From positions 7,502,001 through 7,566,000 of the forward strand of contig CM022668.1 in NCBI GenBank assembly GCA_012295275.1: a stretch of 64,000 nucleotides of DNA, given 5' to 3'. The notes under the pieces were generated by a model, which made no database searches, was not told the origin of the DNA, and saw only the letters and a list, made by a program, of their open reading frames with translations. A program made the position numbers and the translations under genes. The DNA comes from Chrysomallon squamiferum (taxonomy: Eukaryota; Animalia; Mollusca). Below, piece by piece: positions 41,935-57,200 of the stretch. The first letter of the stretch is position 1; every line of letters begins with the position of its first letter.

Positions 41935-42214
41935 TTTGTTTTTAAATGTTATTAAATAATAATTTTTAAGCACTATTAAATATGTGTTTTTACAAACATA
42001 TTATTAAATATCAGGTTTTATACATGTATCATTAAACATCAATTTTTTTTGTATGTCCACTGCTAACAACACAGCAACATAAGTCTGTTTTTAAAAGCTG
42101 AATAAAATGTATTTTGAGATTTTATTACAGAAATCTTTCTTCCTGTTCAATCTCCTGACAGCCATTAAAGAAATTGTGGTCACAGATGCCATTAAATATT
42201 CACTTCCTTTAAGC

Positions 42215-43165
42215 CAGTAAATTCCTCCTCGATTTGTAAGGCATCACATTTGTAGTTGTAACTAATTCTGTCATACAATTGTGCTACTAAATTCCTCCCT
42301 AATTTGTAAAGCATCGACTTCTTGCTGCACATAATTCTGACATAGAAAAGTGCTAGTAAATTCCTCCTTAATTAAGAAAGCACCAGATTTTAACTGGAGT
42401 TTATTTCGACATACATTTGCACTAACAAATTGCTACTTAATTAGAAAAATATAAGATGTTTAGTGGCATTTAATTCTGACATACATTTGTGGCACTAAAT
42501 TCCTCCTTATTTAGAAGAGCATTATATTTTAATAACAATTAAGTTTGACTATAATATGTAAAAGCATTATATTTTATTACACTAACAGAACTATAATGAT
42601 TAAATTCCCTTTAATTTATAAAGCACTGAATTATATAATAATAATGTTTACAGAAAATTTTAATAATTAAATTCCTCCTTAATTTATAAAGCATTGTATT
42701 TTATTATACTAATTTTGGGATAAAAAGGTAATTTTAAATTCCCTTTTCAATTTATAAATCATTAAAGTTTATTATACTAATTTTCACATAAAACTGTAAC
42801 TGATAAATTCCTCCTTAATATATATAGCACTGTACTTTATAACACAAATTTTCAAGTTTAACCATAGGCATAAAATTTCCTATTTATTTATAGAGCACTG
42901 CATTTTACTAGACCAAGTTTCATAGAGAACTTTAATTACTAAATTCATATTTTAAAAAAGTAAGTAGTAAACTTCTCTCTAAAATGTAAGTCTTTCCAAA
43001 TTAGTACCACTAATTTTCACAGAGAACTCTAATTATTAAATTCATATTTATAAAAGTAATTAGTACATTCCTTTCTAATTTGGAAAGACTTACATTTTAG
43101 TTATACATACTTTCACAAGAACTGTAATTATTAAATTCCTCCTTTAATTTATAAAGCACTGTTCT
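42215..43165. repeat. Old degenerate tandem repeat, about 68-70-bp period, core taaattcctccttaatttataaagca
   Basis: The core recurs at about 42218, 42288, 42357, 42497, 42601, 42668, 42736, 42804 and 43132. Confidence 0.8.
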
Positions 43166-43894
43166 AAGTTATAATAATCCAATTTGTCTACATGCAACAA
43201 AACTCTTGTTAAATTGGGAAATTATCTTTTTTTTTGCTTTTGAAATGATTTCAAGTTAGAAAGAATAAAACAGTAGAAATGAAAATGAAATTATTTAAAT
43301 CAGATTTATCAAAAAATATAGTGTAAAAGAAAAAATAATAAAATATTATGGTACATACTTTTAGTTACAAAATAATAATAAATCTAAACAAAACATTTCA
43401 TTATTCTCACAAAAACAGCGTTTTTTAATTTAATAAAATTTAAAAAAATTTTATTTAAGCTTTCTTTCAGATATTATTATTTCTTTTTAAAATTTTAATT
43501 TTCTCTTTTTTCCTGTGTACATTTTTTCTCTGTGTCATTTTTATATTTTTGTTTTTAAATAATATCTTTAACATTTCATTTTTTCTTTCAATTTTTTAAA
43601 ACCTTTCTTATTTTTTCTCTCTCTTTAAAATATTTTTCTTTCTTTCTTTCACGTACACAACTTTCTTCTGTTTTTAGTAATTGTTTTTTATTTTTTTTTA
43701 AATCTGTATTTGACTAATTAACTCTTTGAATGTGTTCATCAAGGCAACAGTTGAAAGTGTCAGGAAATCCCTGGACACCAGGATCAATTACTGCCAGAGA
43801 CAGGTTACATAAGTTACATATTGTTTACTGAATAACATTTCATACTGTCAGATACTGTGCTGAATGCTGTGAGTTCAAAACTCAACAGCAGATC

Positions 43895-43975
<81 letters not shown>

Positions 43976-44574
43976 GAACAAGTAGATAAAAAACAAATAA
44001 CATGAAATGATGTTTCAGAGATTGTTTTCTATAAATTCAAAAACACAAACAAAATAATATCAGATTTAAACTTAAAAAACCCAGAAAACAAAACAACAAG
44101 CCAAATATTAATTAACTGATAATGATCAAGTAATTAAGAATCCTGCTGCCCACAAATATCACTGAGTGTTGAAATTACACACTGAAAATGATTTATATAT
44201 AAAGATATAAGAAACACATAGGCACATATTCTCACACACATACATGTGTAGGCAGATATGTAAATACAGAGATTGACTTTCAAAATAAACATATGTACAT
44301 GCATACAAACATGCATACACATACACACAGACACACAGACACACAGACACATATATAGAGACATATATACATACATACAAACATACATATAAACATTATA
44401 TTCACACATACACATTACACACACACACACACACACACATATATACATATATATATATATATGCATACAAACCAACATACATACAAACATACATATACAT
44501 ACATACATACATACATATATACAAATGATTTGTCCAACCACATTCAAAATAAATAAAGAAAAAATTAAACTTAC

Positions 44575-44620
44575 TTTTCTTCAGTTTCATCCTCCTATTA
44601 GTCAAATCTATGTGATCCAT
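44575..44620 (-). CDS. Candidate alternative start exon (coding part): MDHIDLTNRRMKLKK, phase 1
   Basis: ataATGG start with an upstream in-frame stop, consensus intronic donor AAA|gtaagt, phase-compatible with the 27128 exon. It is unique sequence wedged between microsatellites. Confidence 0.4.
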
Positions 44621-44779
44621 TATAACCCACAAAATCCTTTATGTCATTAAGATGAAACCAGAGAAGAAACCAGCAGCTTCCTATAAACACCTGATTTTAT
44701 ATATATCACAGTATATGTGTGTGTGTGTGTGTGTGCTTGTGTGTAAAGTATATAAACACACAAACACACACACACACAC

Positions 44780-45105
<326 letters not shown>

Positions 45106-45417
45106 CACACACTATGTAGTATGTATATCTAACAGAATACAGCTGATGTCTGTAGACCGGTACTGTTCCAGGAGAACTGAGAAAGCTTCATGCAGGAGTG
45201 TAAGTTAAAGAAGTGACTGTCACACTGAGAGAGACTGTGTGCTGGTGTCGTTCACTGGGAGAGTTCATTATTAGCCTCATCACTCAGTCTGTCCAGACTC
45301 TCCTCTTCAGGGAATCACAGCCACGCTCGTTAGATAGTGGACATAGGCCGTGCATTCAGTATGTGTATTATACAGCTACACTATATATGTATATATATAC
45401 ACACACACACATATACA

Positions 45418-45462
<45 letters not shown>

Positions 45463-46614
45463 ACACATACACATGCCTTTATATGTATGTATGTATATAT
45501 GCATATATATGTTTATATAAGTATTCACACATAGACACACAAACATGTGGATATATTATGTCTGTGTATGTATGTAATATGTAGTATGTTCACTATATTC
45601 ATGTATATCATATAGCTATGTACACAAACTAAATAATGTGTTTGTGTGTGTATATATATATGTGTATGTATGTGTGTGTGTATGTTTGCATGTGTGTGAA
45701 TGTAGTTATACGTATCTGAATGTAGGTAGATAGGTAAGTAGATACATAGTTCTGTAGGTGTGTGTGTGCATGTATATATTCGAGTATCTATAACAATATA
45801 CACTCATATGTATACATACTGACATCTTTCTATTACAAATACTCACACACACATACAAATGTATATATATACACACACATACAAATTTATACATACACAC
45901 ACAACACATACAAAGGCATTTTCATTTAAATACACAAACAACTGTTTTGAGTACCATAATAGATCATTATGTAGTTATATCTTATTATGTAGTTATTATG
46001 TAGTTATATCATCAGATTTATTATAAATTAACAGGTATTAGCACCTTTTTATGAGAATAATTTGTTTTCACTATAATTTCAAATAATGAATAAAAATTTG
46101 CAAAAATAAACAAATAAATAAATAAAAAGTAAATACACAAATAAATAGATAAATAAATAGTAAATTATCAAGAAATAAATGAATAAATAAATGAATAGAT
46201 AAACAAATATTTAAATAAATATATAAATAAATAAATTAATTAATTAATTAGTAAATATTTATAAAAATAAATATTTACAAAAATAAATATTTATATAAAT
46301 AAATAAATAAAATAAAAAAAAAATAAAAATAAAAAAAACAAACAAAACAAAACAAAATAAAATGTAGCAAACACTTATAAATAGAGAGATAGATTCTCAA
46401 AATAAACAAAATTAAATTAAATTAAATTTCAAGGTAAGAAATCATTGAAATATTGGCTGTCAGTGCCATCCATCAACAACACATGTGACACAAGAATGAG
46501 GAGGTAAAGTTAATGACTCAGTTAAAACAAAGTAATTAGTTTTCCACCAATAAATCAGGCCAGTATATAACCTTACACTGCAGTAGGGTTCCATAAAGTA
46601 AAATAAAAAATAAA

Positions 46615-46658
<44 letters not shown>

Positions 46659-46712
46659 AAAAAGAAAGATTAAAAAATAAAAAGAGAAAGCTAAAAAGAG
46701 TTCTGTTAAAGT

Positions 46713-46749
<37 letters not shown>

Positions 46750-46776
46750 TAAAAAAAAGTAAAAAGAGAGTAGAGA

Positions 46777-46828
<52 letters not shown>

Positions 46829-46928
46829 AAAGGAAAACTACTTTGTAAAGATACATTATCATGCTTACATATTTCTTCTTACAGAAATAAAGTGGGAGAT
46901 ATACTCACAGTTTGTGTAAACAAAGCAC

Positions 46929-46973
<45 letters not shown>

Positions 46974-46991
46974 AAAGTAGTAGTAATAGTA

Positions 46992-47030
<39 letters not shown>

Positions 47031-47779
47031 TGGCAGTATCATAATAACAAATATAATAATAATAATACTAATAAGCAATAATATATAATAACAGTATAAT
47101 AATAATGACAATATTAAACAAACAAACAAACAAATAAATAAATAAATAAATAAACAAACAAATCCTAAATAAATAAAATATTTATGACAGTAACCGTAAC
47201 AGTGTTTTAACATTGACAAAACATTCAAAGTAAAACAATGTAATATTTTAATAGTCATTAACCTCAATCTTAGTTACACAAAGTTACAAATGATTTGAAC
47301 TGTTTCAAACTGGCTCTAAAAAATTATAAATTATCTTTCCGACATTTGCATTAAGATTGGGTTGTTATTTAAAGATTTATTTACAGTTTTATTTTATTTA
47401 TTCTGTATAATGAAGTATTTGATATCAATGAAAAGTAATTAATCATGAGATGTTTGTCACATAAATTGGCTAGTTTTATTTTATTTATCAATTTTGTTTT
47501 ATAGTTTGTTTTTGTTTTTGTTTTTATATATATTCTTTTTATTATTATTATTTCTTCTTGTTCTTATCATTTTTATAGTTTTTCTAATTGTTTGCTTGTT
47601 TATTAATTTTACTTTATTTTATTTTATTATTGTTGATTTTTGCTGTAATTGTTTGTTTATTTTGTTTATTTTATTTTATTTATTTTCATCATTACAGATT
47701 TTTCTCTGTTTGTTAATTTGTTGCCATTATGTTTCATTTTCTTTTTAAAATTATTATTTTTTATTTTCTTCTGTAATTG

Positions 47780-47852
<73 letters not shown>

Positions 47853-48040
47853 ATTGTCATTCTAATATAAATGACAGAAGGGATAAAAAATAAAGCCTGA
47901 AAGATTTTAATTAAAGAAGAAAAAGAATAGAGGATGAAAGAAAGATGGGGAAAAAAAAATACAAAGAAAGAAAGAAAGAAAAATTGAGAGTAATAAGTAA
48001 ATAAGCAAATATATAAATTTATAAACAAAAATAATGATAA

Positions 48041-48087
<47 letters not shown>

Positions 48088-48667
48088 ATTAATTAATTAA
48101 TTAATTAATTAATTAGTAAGTCAATGAATCAATAGCACAAAAAATTATATTTTGTTAATAATAATATTACTTAATTAATCATTTTATTTATTTTTCATAA
48201 ATTTTAATTACATGTTTATTAGTGTTGGCATGGTAACCATTTGTTCAGATAAGAGCTAACTCTCAGAGTTTTGTCTTTCACCTGTTTACAAAACACACAA
48301 ACCTGAACAGACAGAATGACAGACATCAGACGCTAATTTTAATATCTCTGACGTTTTACTAAGGTCTGCTTGAATGATAACACATACTTGTTTCAGTTGG
48401 TGCATAATCAAATATTCATAGTTTAATTGGAATAAAGATGATAAAAAAAGAAAGAAAGAAGAAAGAAAATGAGATGAAGAAAGAGAAAAAGAAAGACGTT
48501 ACACAACACATTTTGTTATTATTATTATTACTACACCAACAACAACAACACCAACAACAACTACTACTACTACTATTATTGTTGTTGTTGTTGTTATTAT
48601 TATTATTATTACTACAACAACAACTACAACAACAACTACTACTACCACTACTATTATTGTGTTGTTG

Positions 48668-48701
<34 letters not shown>

Positions 48702-49309
48702 TACAACAACAACTACAACAACAACTACTACTACTACTACTATTATTGTGTTGTTGTTATTATTATTATTATTATTATTAAGAAGAAGATAATGATGACC
48801 CGATAGAGATAGATAAATATATATAATAATAACAACAACAACAATAACAACAATAACATTAATAAAATAAAACAAAAATAAACTAATAAAATTTAAATGT
48901 AACACAAAAAACTAATTAATAAAATAGAAATGAAACTATCAATATTATGTTTATTTTTTTTAAATACTGAATAACACACAAATATTATCACAGAGAAGTT
49001 GTAAGGTTATACAAAGATTGTTAAGTACACAGTTATACTTTGTAATAACAACACAGGTAATGGAACTGAATGTAAATAGTGATGTGTTAATTTAAACTTG
49101 CTGAATGATAAGTGGTAACTACTAAAAAATGAGAGAAAGATAAGAAAAAAAAATAACAAAGACTTTACTTAAATATAAGCAAATTCACTCACATATACAA
49201 ATTTACATACAAATTAATACACAAATAAACACATACATATGTAAACACACATAGACATACACACATGATTATATATACTTAAATACATTGACACTTACAC
49301 ATACATACA

Positions 49310-49343
<34 letters not shown>

Positions 49344-49605
49344 CATACATACATACTCTTAAGTACATACTACATTCACAAACACACAAATACATAATAC
49401 ATACATATTCTTAAATACATACATATATACATACATACATACATACATACATACATACTCTTAAATACACACTTCATACACAAACACACAAACACACAAA
49501 AACATACATACATACATACGTACGTACGTACGCACATACATACATATATGCAAAGATTCACATACAAAAATATATATATATATACAATCAAACATACTTG
49601 CTGGA

Positions 49606-49739
49606 CCAACTCTGAAATACAGCCACCTGTCCATTTGATACATTGTGCTCTATATTCAAACTCTGTATAACAGCCACCTGCCTAAGACAAGCACTACTGC
49701 CTTGTTGCTGGAACTGCCATTAGAAACAGCTTTGACTGC
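49606..49739 (-). mobile_element. Relic of a related pogo/Tigger-like MITE
   Basis: Terminal tttgactg (CAGTCAAA on the minus strand), internal repeated cagccacctg and actctgtataa motifs. Confidence 0.4.
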
Positions 49740-49979
49740 ACACACACATAACACAAGTAATTAACAAGCTGTCACTTCTGTTTATTTTGTTTTAGTGTTT
49801 ATAAACTTCACATGTGTGTCATTTGTTCACAGGTAACATGTTCAGTGCAGGTGAACATCAAAGACTGTGTAAATTTATATTGAAATATATACGTACCTAC
49901 TCCTATGGGGTGATTTTTTATTTAAATTTTATTAGTTTATTTTTGATTACAGAACATTGTGACCTAACAGTAAAAGTAC

Positions 49980-50600
49980 AGTTATCTCACACTTATCTCA
50001 CAGTTATCTCATGATGTTACACTGATCTCACACTTATCTCACAGTTATCTCATGATTTTTACACTTATCTCACACATATCTCACAGTTATCTCATGATTT
50101 TACACTGATCTCATGCTGTTTTTAGTTCTTATTCTCTCTCAAAGTGATCTCATTCTATCTCACAATGGGATTATACTATCTCACAGTGATATCACACTAT
50201 CCTACAGTGATCTCACATTATCTCACAATGATATCACACTATCTCACAGTTGGATCATACTATCTCACAATGATCTCACACTATCTCACAGTGGGATCAT
50301 AGTGATCTCACACTATCTCACTATGATCATACACTATCTCACAGTGGGATCATAGTGGTCTCACACTATCTCACTATGATTCACACGATCACACACTGTC
50401 TCACAGTGATCTCACACTATCTCACAGTAGTATCACAGTGATCTCATACAATCTCACAGAAATCTAACACTATCTCACAGTGATTTTATACTATCTCAAA
50501 ATGATTTCATACTATCTCACAGTGACCTAATACTATCTCACAATGATTTCATACTATCTCACAGTGATCTCACACTATTCTCGTAATGTTCTCCCAGTAA
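49980..50600. repeat. Degenerate minisatellite of about 21 bp (ctatctcacagtgatctcaca)
   Basis: Dense recurrence of atctcaca with a 10/11-bp sub-period. Confidence 0.9.
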
Positions 50601-52958
50601 TCTCATACTTATTTCAGTGTTATCAAAGGAATATCATACTGATGTAAAATAATATATACATACAGATACACACACTCAGAAACACAAATATAGATATCTT
50701 TTAAAAAAACAAAAACTGTTTGAATCAAATGTCATAATATATATATATTAATGAATTAATTATGAAACTAAAAATTAATTCATCTATTATAAAATAGTAG
50801 TTTCAGAATGAAATAAATCAAAAATAAAGAAATCAGATACTATGCATGTTCATCTATCCATCCATCCATCCATCCATCTATTCATCCATACGTAGGTGTG
50901 GGTGTGGGTGTCTGTTTGTTGTTTGTCTTAACATACTCAATATTAAATGTTTCAAACTAAAACACAACTTTAAAAATTCCTTAAACAAACGAACATTCTA
51001 TTTAAATAATCTAAGAAAGAAAAATTAATTTTTAAAAAAAAGTAATAATAATTACATTTGAATAAGAATTATGGCAGAAACAATTTCTGATTTTCCAGTA
51101 ATGATGTTCTAAGACAGACGAATACATTTATAAACTAAAAAACACACTAAGACAAAAACAGACATAAAAGAGGACTATGACAACATGTAAGAAAAAAAAA
51201 AAGTGTATTTTCCGTGGAAAAGTCAACCAGCTGCAGATGACAGAATAATCCACTTTGTTAATGTTGATGTCAAAACTACTGAATATGCAAATGAGTTAGT
51301 CATTCTGTCGGAACAATATTAATTAAATTTGTCCATCACAAAGTTAGGAAATGCGATCTGCCTAATAGAATATTCCCTGTTTTTAATTCTTATCTCTCTG
51401 TCTGTCTGTCTGTTTGTCTGTTTTAAATAAATTTGTCCCCCATGAAATGAAATGTATGATGTCTATTCTTTCACTACTAATAAAGTTTTCTCTGTTCATT
51501 ATTGTTTTAATAGAGGCTAAGTTCTCTTCGTTTTTCTCTCTCTTCTTCTTTTCACTCTGTTTCTTTCTCTCTATCATTTCACTTATATTTACTCTTTTCA
51601 TTCTCCACATATATATATCTCATTAATAACAGATATATATATATATATTAAATACATGTCCATTATTACATGCAGCTATTTTGTACTCTGTTGCTATTAG
51701 ACTTTATTATTATTTAAGATTGGACAACAAAAATATATATAAAATTAAATATAATTATATAAAAGTTTGTTTTAATATATATATACACACACACACACAC
51801 ACATACCATTAATAACAAACATACATAAGATAGATATCCCAGGGAAAAAATGCTACCAGCAACACCAATATCCCTTCATAATAACAGCCATTAAAATTAA
51901 TCTCTAATATTAAAATGTGATTAATTTTTAAATAAAAGTTTATTTATTTATTTATTTATTCCTTTCATTTTGTTATATAATGAATTATATTTCTATTTTA
52001 TTAAATATTATTTATTTACTTTTATTTACTTATTTGTTTGTTTGTTTATTTGTTTGTTTGTTTACTTTTATTTATTAGTTTACTTGATTATTTGTACTTA
52101 TTTATTTTTAATTCATTTATTTATTTGCAGACCAGAAAAAGATAAAAGCAATTACAACAACAACAACAACAACAAATACAACAATTAAAAACAGTTTTTT
52201 TCTTCTAAATAACAGGAATCTCAGGATAAATATGTGAAAGAAAACAAAAATGAAAAAATGGAATGAAAATATAAAAATCTTCAAGGATACAAAACAAACT
52301 TGAAAAAAAAATTGGTAACTTGAAAATTAATACAGAGTACACACATTACTCCCCATTTAAAAGCTCACTGCTGATTGGTCAATCAAGCGGCGATTTAACC
52401 AATCATCCGTATGGTAATATCATGGTTCTGTCATTAATACCCAGTGTGCTTGGCTTGGTCTGGAATAGACTTTTCTTTGATTAGCAAAACGTCTGTCGAG
52501 ATTGCTAAAAATCCCGATTTGTCAAAGTCTATCCCAGAATGCAAATGGGCAAGCCTGTGTGTAATTGTGCTTTTCAGGAACTGGCCACTGACAGCACACA
52601 CAGACGACTGTGAGAATATTTTTGGCATCGCCAATTAGTGGCAGAATAGAGAAAAAATAATGATGATTTTCATTTTCTTCAGCTGAAATCTCATTTTTAA
52701 TCCAGTTTAAGTAAGCATGAAGAAGCTGAATAGAGACAGACGTTTGGGTTACTTTTGAAAGAAAATAGTCTTAGATGTACAGAAGGAAAACAGCCCCCAT
52801 AAAAACAAGAAAAAAGATTAAGAAACAATTTTCTGTGAACATACAAATGTATTTTGGGAAATTATATACACATGTTTACTTGTTCAAAAAAATAAGATAT
52901 CATTTGGCAAGATATTAATGCTGTCTTACTTATTTTATATATATATGAATAGAGAGAG

Positions 52959-53034
<76 letters not shown>

Positions 53035-53106
53035 AGAGAGAGACAAAAAGAAAGTGAGAAAAAAATTGAAAGACAAAGATTGAAAGCCAATAAGCAATAT
53101 ATAACA

Positions 53107-53194
<88 letters not shown>

Positions 53195-53529
53195 TAGGAG
53201 TAGCAAAACTTAAACTGACAAAGATACTCACTGATAAACACATAATCAAACATAAACATATTCACACTCACACTCAAATATACTCAAACACTCACAAATG
53301 AAATGAAAACACCACACTAAGGAACTGTAGACTATTTACACTGTGCGTGACCTTCTGAAAAGCCCTGGGTTATTTCTTCACCATATGATTGATGATACAA
53401 TCTAATTATTGGCTCCCTGCATGTTGACCAGAGAATCAAACACATTATTTATATTCTGTGAATTAATTCAGCTTGATTTATCACTATCTGGCTACTGTCA
53501 CTTGCTAGGGAGACAGAGGTAAAAATTTG

Positions 53530-53945
53530 GAAGTGGATATGATAACATATCTAAGCTCTACATTGTAAAGGATATGATAAGATATCAAAATTATAAATTT
53601 GGCAATAAATGGGATAACACATCACAGATAAAGATTAGGCAAAGGATGTGATAACATATATACTACAAATGATAAAAATTTGATAAAGGATATGATAAAA
53701 TATCACTGATATAGATTTGGCAGTGTATATGATGAAATATGACATATAAATATTCAGTAATGAAAAAGTAACATCTACACTATAAATATAAAAATTTGGT
53801 AAATGATATGATAACATACAGTGATAACAGATCATGGTTAAATATTGGGCAATGGATGTAATAATGTGTGTACTGTAACTGTTTGTAGAAAGATATGATA
53901 AAATATTATGGATAAATGATAACATATTAGGAATAAATATTTGGT
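53530..53945. repeat. Degenerate tandem repeat of about 40 bp (ggatatgataacatat...aaatttgg)
   Basis: The gatatgataa motif recurs at intervals of about 40 nt. Confidence 0.7.
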
Positions 53946-55007
53946 ATAAAGAATATAAATTCACTAATGGTTGTGTTTCAGTTTGTGATTAATGATTAAT
54001 TATTCAATAAGGCAAAACAATAAGCAATGAACATAAAAGAAAGATTAAAAGATATAAATTGTCCTAGACAGAAATATTAAAAATTTATGCATTATCATAA
54101 ATCATAAAGCAATATAAAACAAAAAAAAAAATAAAAAAAATATATTCATCTGTTATAAAATTTCATTTAAAACCAAATGAGAGAGAAAGGGAAAAACAAC
54201 TATTTGTTGGGGAAAAAAAAAAAAAAAAGAAGAAGAAAAAAAAATGTCCATTTCTAACAAATTACAAATACTCCAATACGTCTGACCTCAATTATCTATA
54301 AAGACTGAGTAAATCAAACCCTAATCAGACTTGGTAATTCTGAACAAAATTCAGTGCAGATTGCTTCCAATTACAGGAGAAAAAAAGATGAAAATAAAAT
54401 GAAAGAAATAAGACTTTTTGTTTTAAAAAAAAAGAAAATAGAAAAGAAGAAGAAGATAAGAAAATGAAAGAGAACAGAAAAAAAAAAAAAAAGAAGAAGA
54501 AGAAGAAAAAAGAAATTACTTCTCTCCAAATAAATGTACTGCTACATAGGTAGTGAGATCAAATCCCATTTCAGTCACAATCAGCAACAAGAAAATAAAT
54601 TTGTATTTTTTCTGATGACACTGAAAGAACTTAATAAGAAATTATTTCAGACTTTGTGTAAGGACTACAGATAACTACAGATAACATACAGATATTTTAT
54701 AATTTGTAATCAGTTGTTACTAAACTTTATTATTATTTACTTTATTGTTAAATTAAAAAATTAAATTAATTTTAAAAATTAAAAATAAATGCAAAAATAA
54801 TGATAGTGCAGTTGTTGTTGTTGTTGATGGGGCTGTTGTTGTAGTATTGGTAATAATAATATATAAAATAAAAAATTAATAATAATAATAATAACAGTAG
54901 TAATAATGGTAGCAGTACCAGTAGTAGTAGTAATAATAATAATAATAATAGTAATAAGAAAATAAGAATATTAATAATAGCAGTAGTAGTGATAGCAATA
55001 TATAAAC

Positions 55008-55073
<66 letters not shown>

Positions 55074-55620
55074 GTAATAACATGAAAGTATAAAATAATA
55101 CATTTAGATTAGTTTTCATTTTTCCAAAGTTACACCTAAACAAAAAGCAGTGTTTTTAAAAATCAAAAAAAAAAAAAAAAAAAAAATCAAAAAAAAATCT
55201 ATTGGATGATGCCAAATTCTGAATGACAGTTTGTGACAGAATCAATTGTAATATCGGTTTCATAATTTATTCTTTTAAAACAAAATCAATAGACCAATTT
55301 AACAAGATTTGAAATAATAACTAAACTGCACTCTGTAATATTAAGAATAAATGAATGAATGAATGAATGAATGAATGAAAGAATGAACGAATAAAATAAT
55401 CAAAGAAAAGAAAAATGAATGAAAGTATGAATAAAATAAAAAATAAAGAATGAATGAAAAATTAAATAAAAAATTAAAAAATAAGAGAATGAATGAATAA
55501 AAATGATAGAAAGAAAGAAGAAAAGAAAGGATGAAAGAATGAATTAATGAAAGAAGAAATGATACTTCAGCAATATGAAATAAAACTGCAAAAAATATTA
55601 TTATTATTATTATTGTTGTT

Positions 55621-55651
<31 letters not shown>

Positions 55652-55843
55652 CTCTAAATCTGTAAACTTACTATTAATGAAAAACAGACATTTTCTTTTT
55701 ATTCAGTATCTACACAGTATAAAATATCACAGTTATTAAATATGATCAAGAAAGGGATAACAAAAAAACTGCTGAGTGAGACCGTTGTAAAACCTGTAAT
55801 TATTTTGTGGCATGACATGATTGATATTTTGTCAATAACATCT

Positions 55844-55899
55844 GTTGCCGTGACAACTGACAATTTGCATATTAATTTCTCCCATGTTACTGTGGTGAC
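55844..55899. promoter_or_regulatory. Paired X-box-like motifs (GTTGCCGTGACAAC; GTTACTGTGGTGAC) flanking an octamer ATTTGCAT
   Basis: Two imperfect RFX palindromes 28 bp apart, with a POU octamer at 55863-55870 between them. Confidence 0.45.
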
Positions 55900-56859
55900 A
55901 TGCAGTGCATGTAAAAAACCCAAATAAAATTAGAATTTAAATAAATAAATAATGAACGCCATGCAATATCTACTATATTCTGTATATATATATATATATT
56001 GTTTATATTATATTGATATATATGTTTATATGGGCAACCTCATGATATTAATATTATTACCAGTTTATGTTACTGTATATATATTTCTACATGGGGAATA
56101 TATGATAATGAATAAAATGATTAAGATAATATTATGATGATAATGATGATTATGTTATTGATGATGATGGTAATGATGTTTTTTTATTTTGACAATGATG
56201 ATGATGATGACAATGATTGTTACTATTTTGAAAATGATGATGATGATGATGATAGTGTTGATGATAATGGTAATGTTATCAACAATGGCAATGATTATGA
56301 TTACAATAATACATATGTTAATATGATAATGATGATGAAAATGATTATGATGATAACATGGTGATAATGATTATAATAATTATAGTGACGATAATGATGA
56401 TAATGATAATAAATATTATATACATATATGATTATAATAAAAATAATAATGATTATAATGATGTCATGTGTATACTTGTATATTCTTATATAAAAAGCAA
56501 CATACAAAAGCATTAGTAAAAGAAATTATAAAAAAAACCCCCAAAACCCAGGAAGGTGAGATCTGACATTTTGACAGGTAAAGGCCACATTTAAATCAGT
56601 TTTAAAAGATCTAGAATTCAAGACATTTTTATCAATATTTATAAATGTAACTTTTTAATCAAATCAATACAGTATCAATAAATCAACTGTATTTTTACAT
56701 GATTTAACAGTTTCTTAAAACTCTTGTAGAGGAAGATGGATTCAAAAAAAAAAAAAATAAAAATCATGACTGTTATTTCATGTCCAGATATCATTTCAAT
56801 GCAGTTTTAATATTTGACAGTAATAAATAAATACAGAAGAACTGAATAGAAAAAATAAA

Positions 56860-57200
56860 GTGAAATGAAATAAAATAAAATAAAATAACAGAAATATAAT
56901 TAAATAAGATTAAAAATTAAAACAAAATATGTGAATAAAATAAATAAATAAAATACAAAATAAAGTAACAAAATAAAATAATAAAATAAAATATAAAATT
57001 ATTTAAAATAAAATAAAATAGAATAATAAAATAAAATAAAATAATAAAATGAAACAAAACAAAACAAAACAAAACAAAACAAAATAAAATAAAATAAAAT
57101 AAAATAAAATAAAATAAAATAAAATAAAATAAAATAAAATAAAATAAAATATTATTAATTAAATAAAAAGTAAAATAAAATAAAATTATAAAATGAAATA
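56860..57200. repeat. (TAAAA/CAAAA)n pentanucleotide array
   Basis: Directly visible. Confidence 0.9.

Noticed and set aside
42215-43165. Conserved core with divergent spacers at a period of about 68 bp, superficially CRISPR-like
   Set aside because: The spacers are alignable to each other, so this is an old decaying tandem repeat.
45130-45370. GC-richer island tested as a PDE1 exon
   Set aside because: The minus-strand frames examined hit stops, and no good acceptor/donor pair was found.
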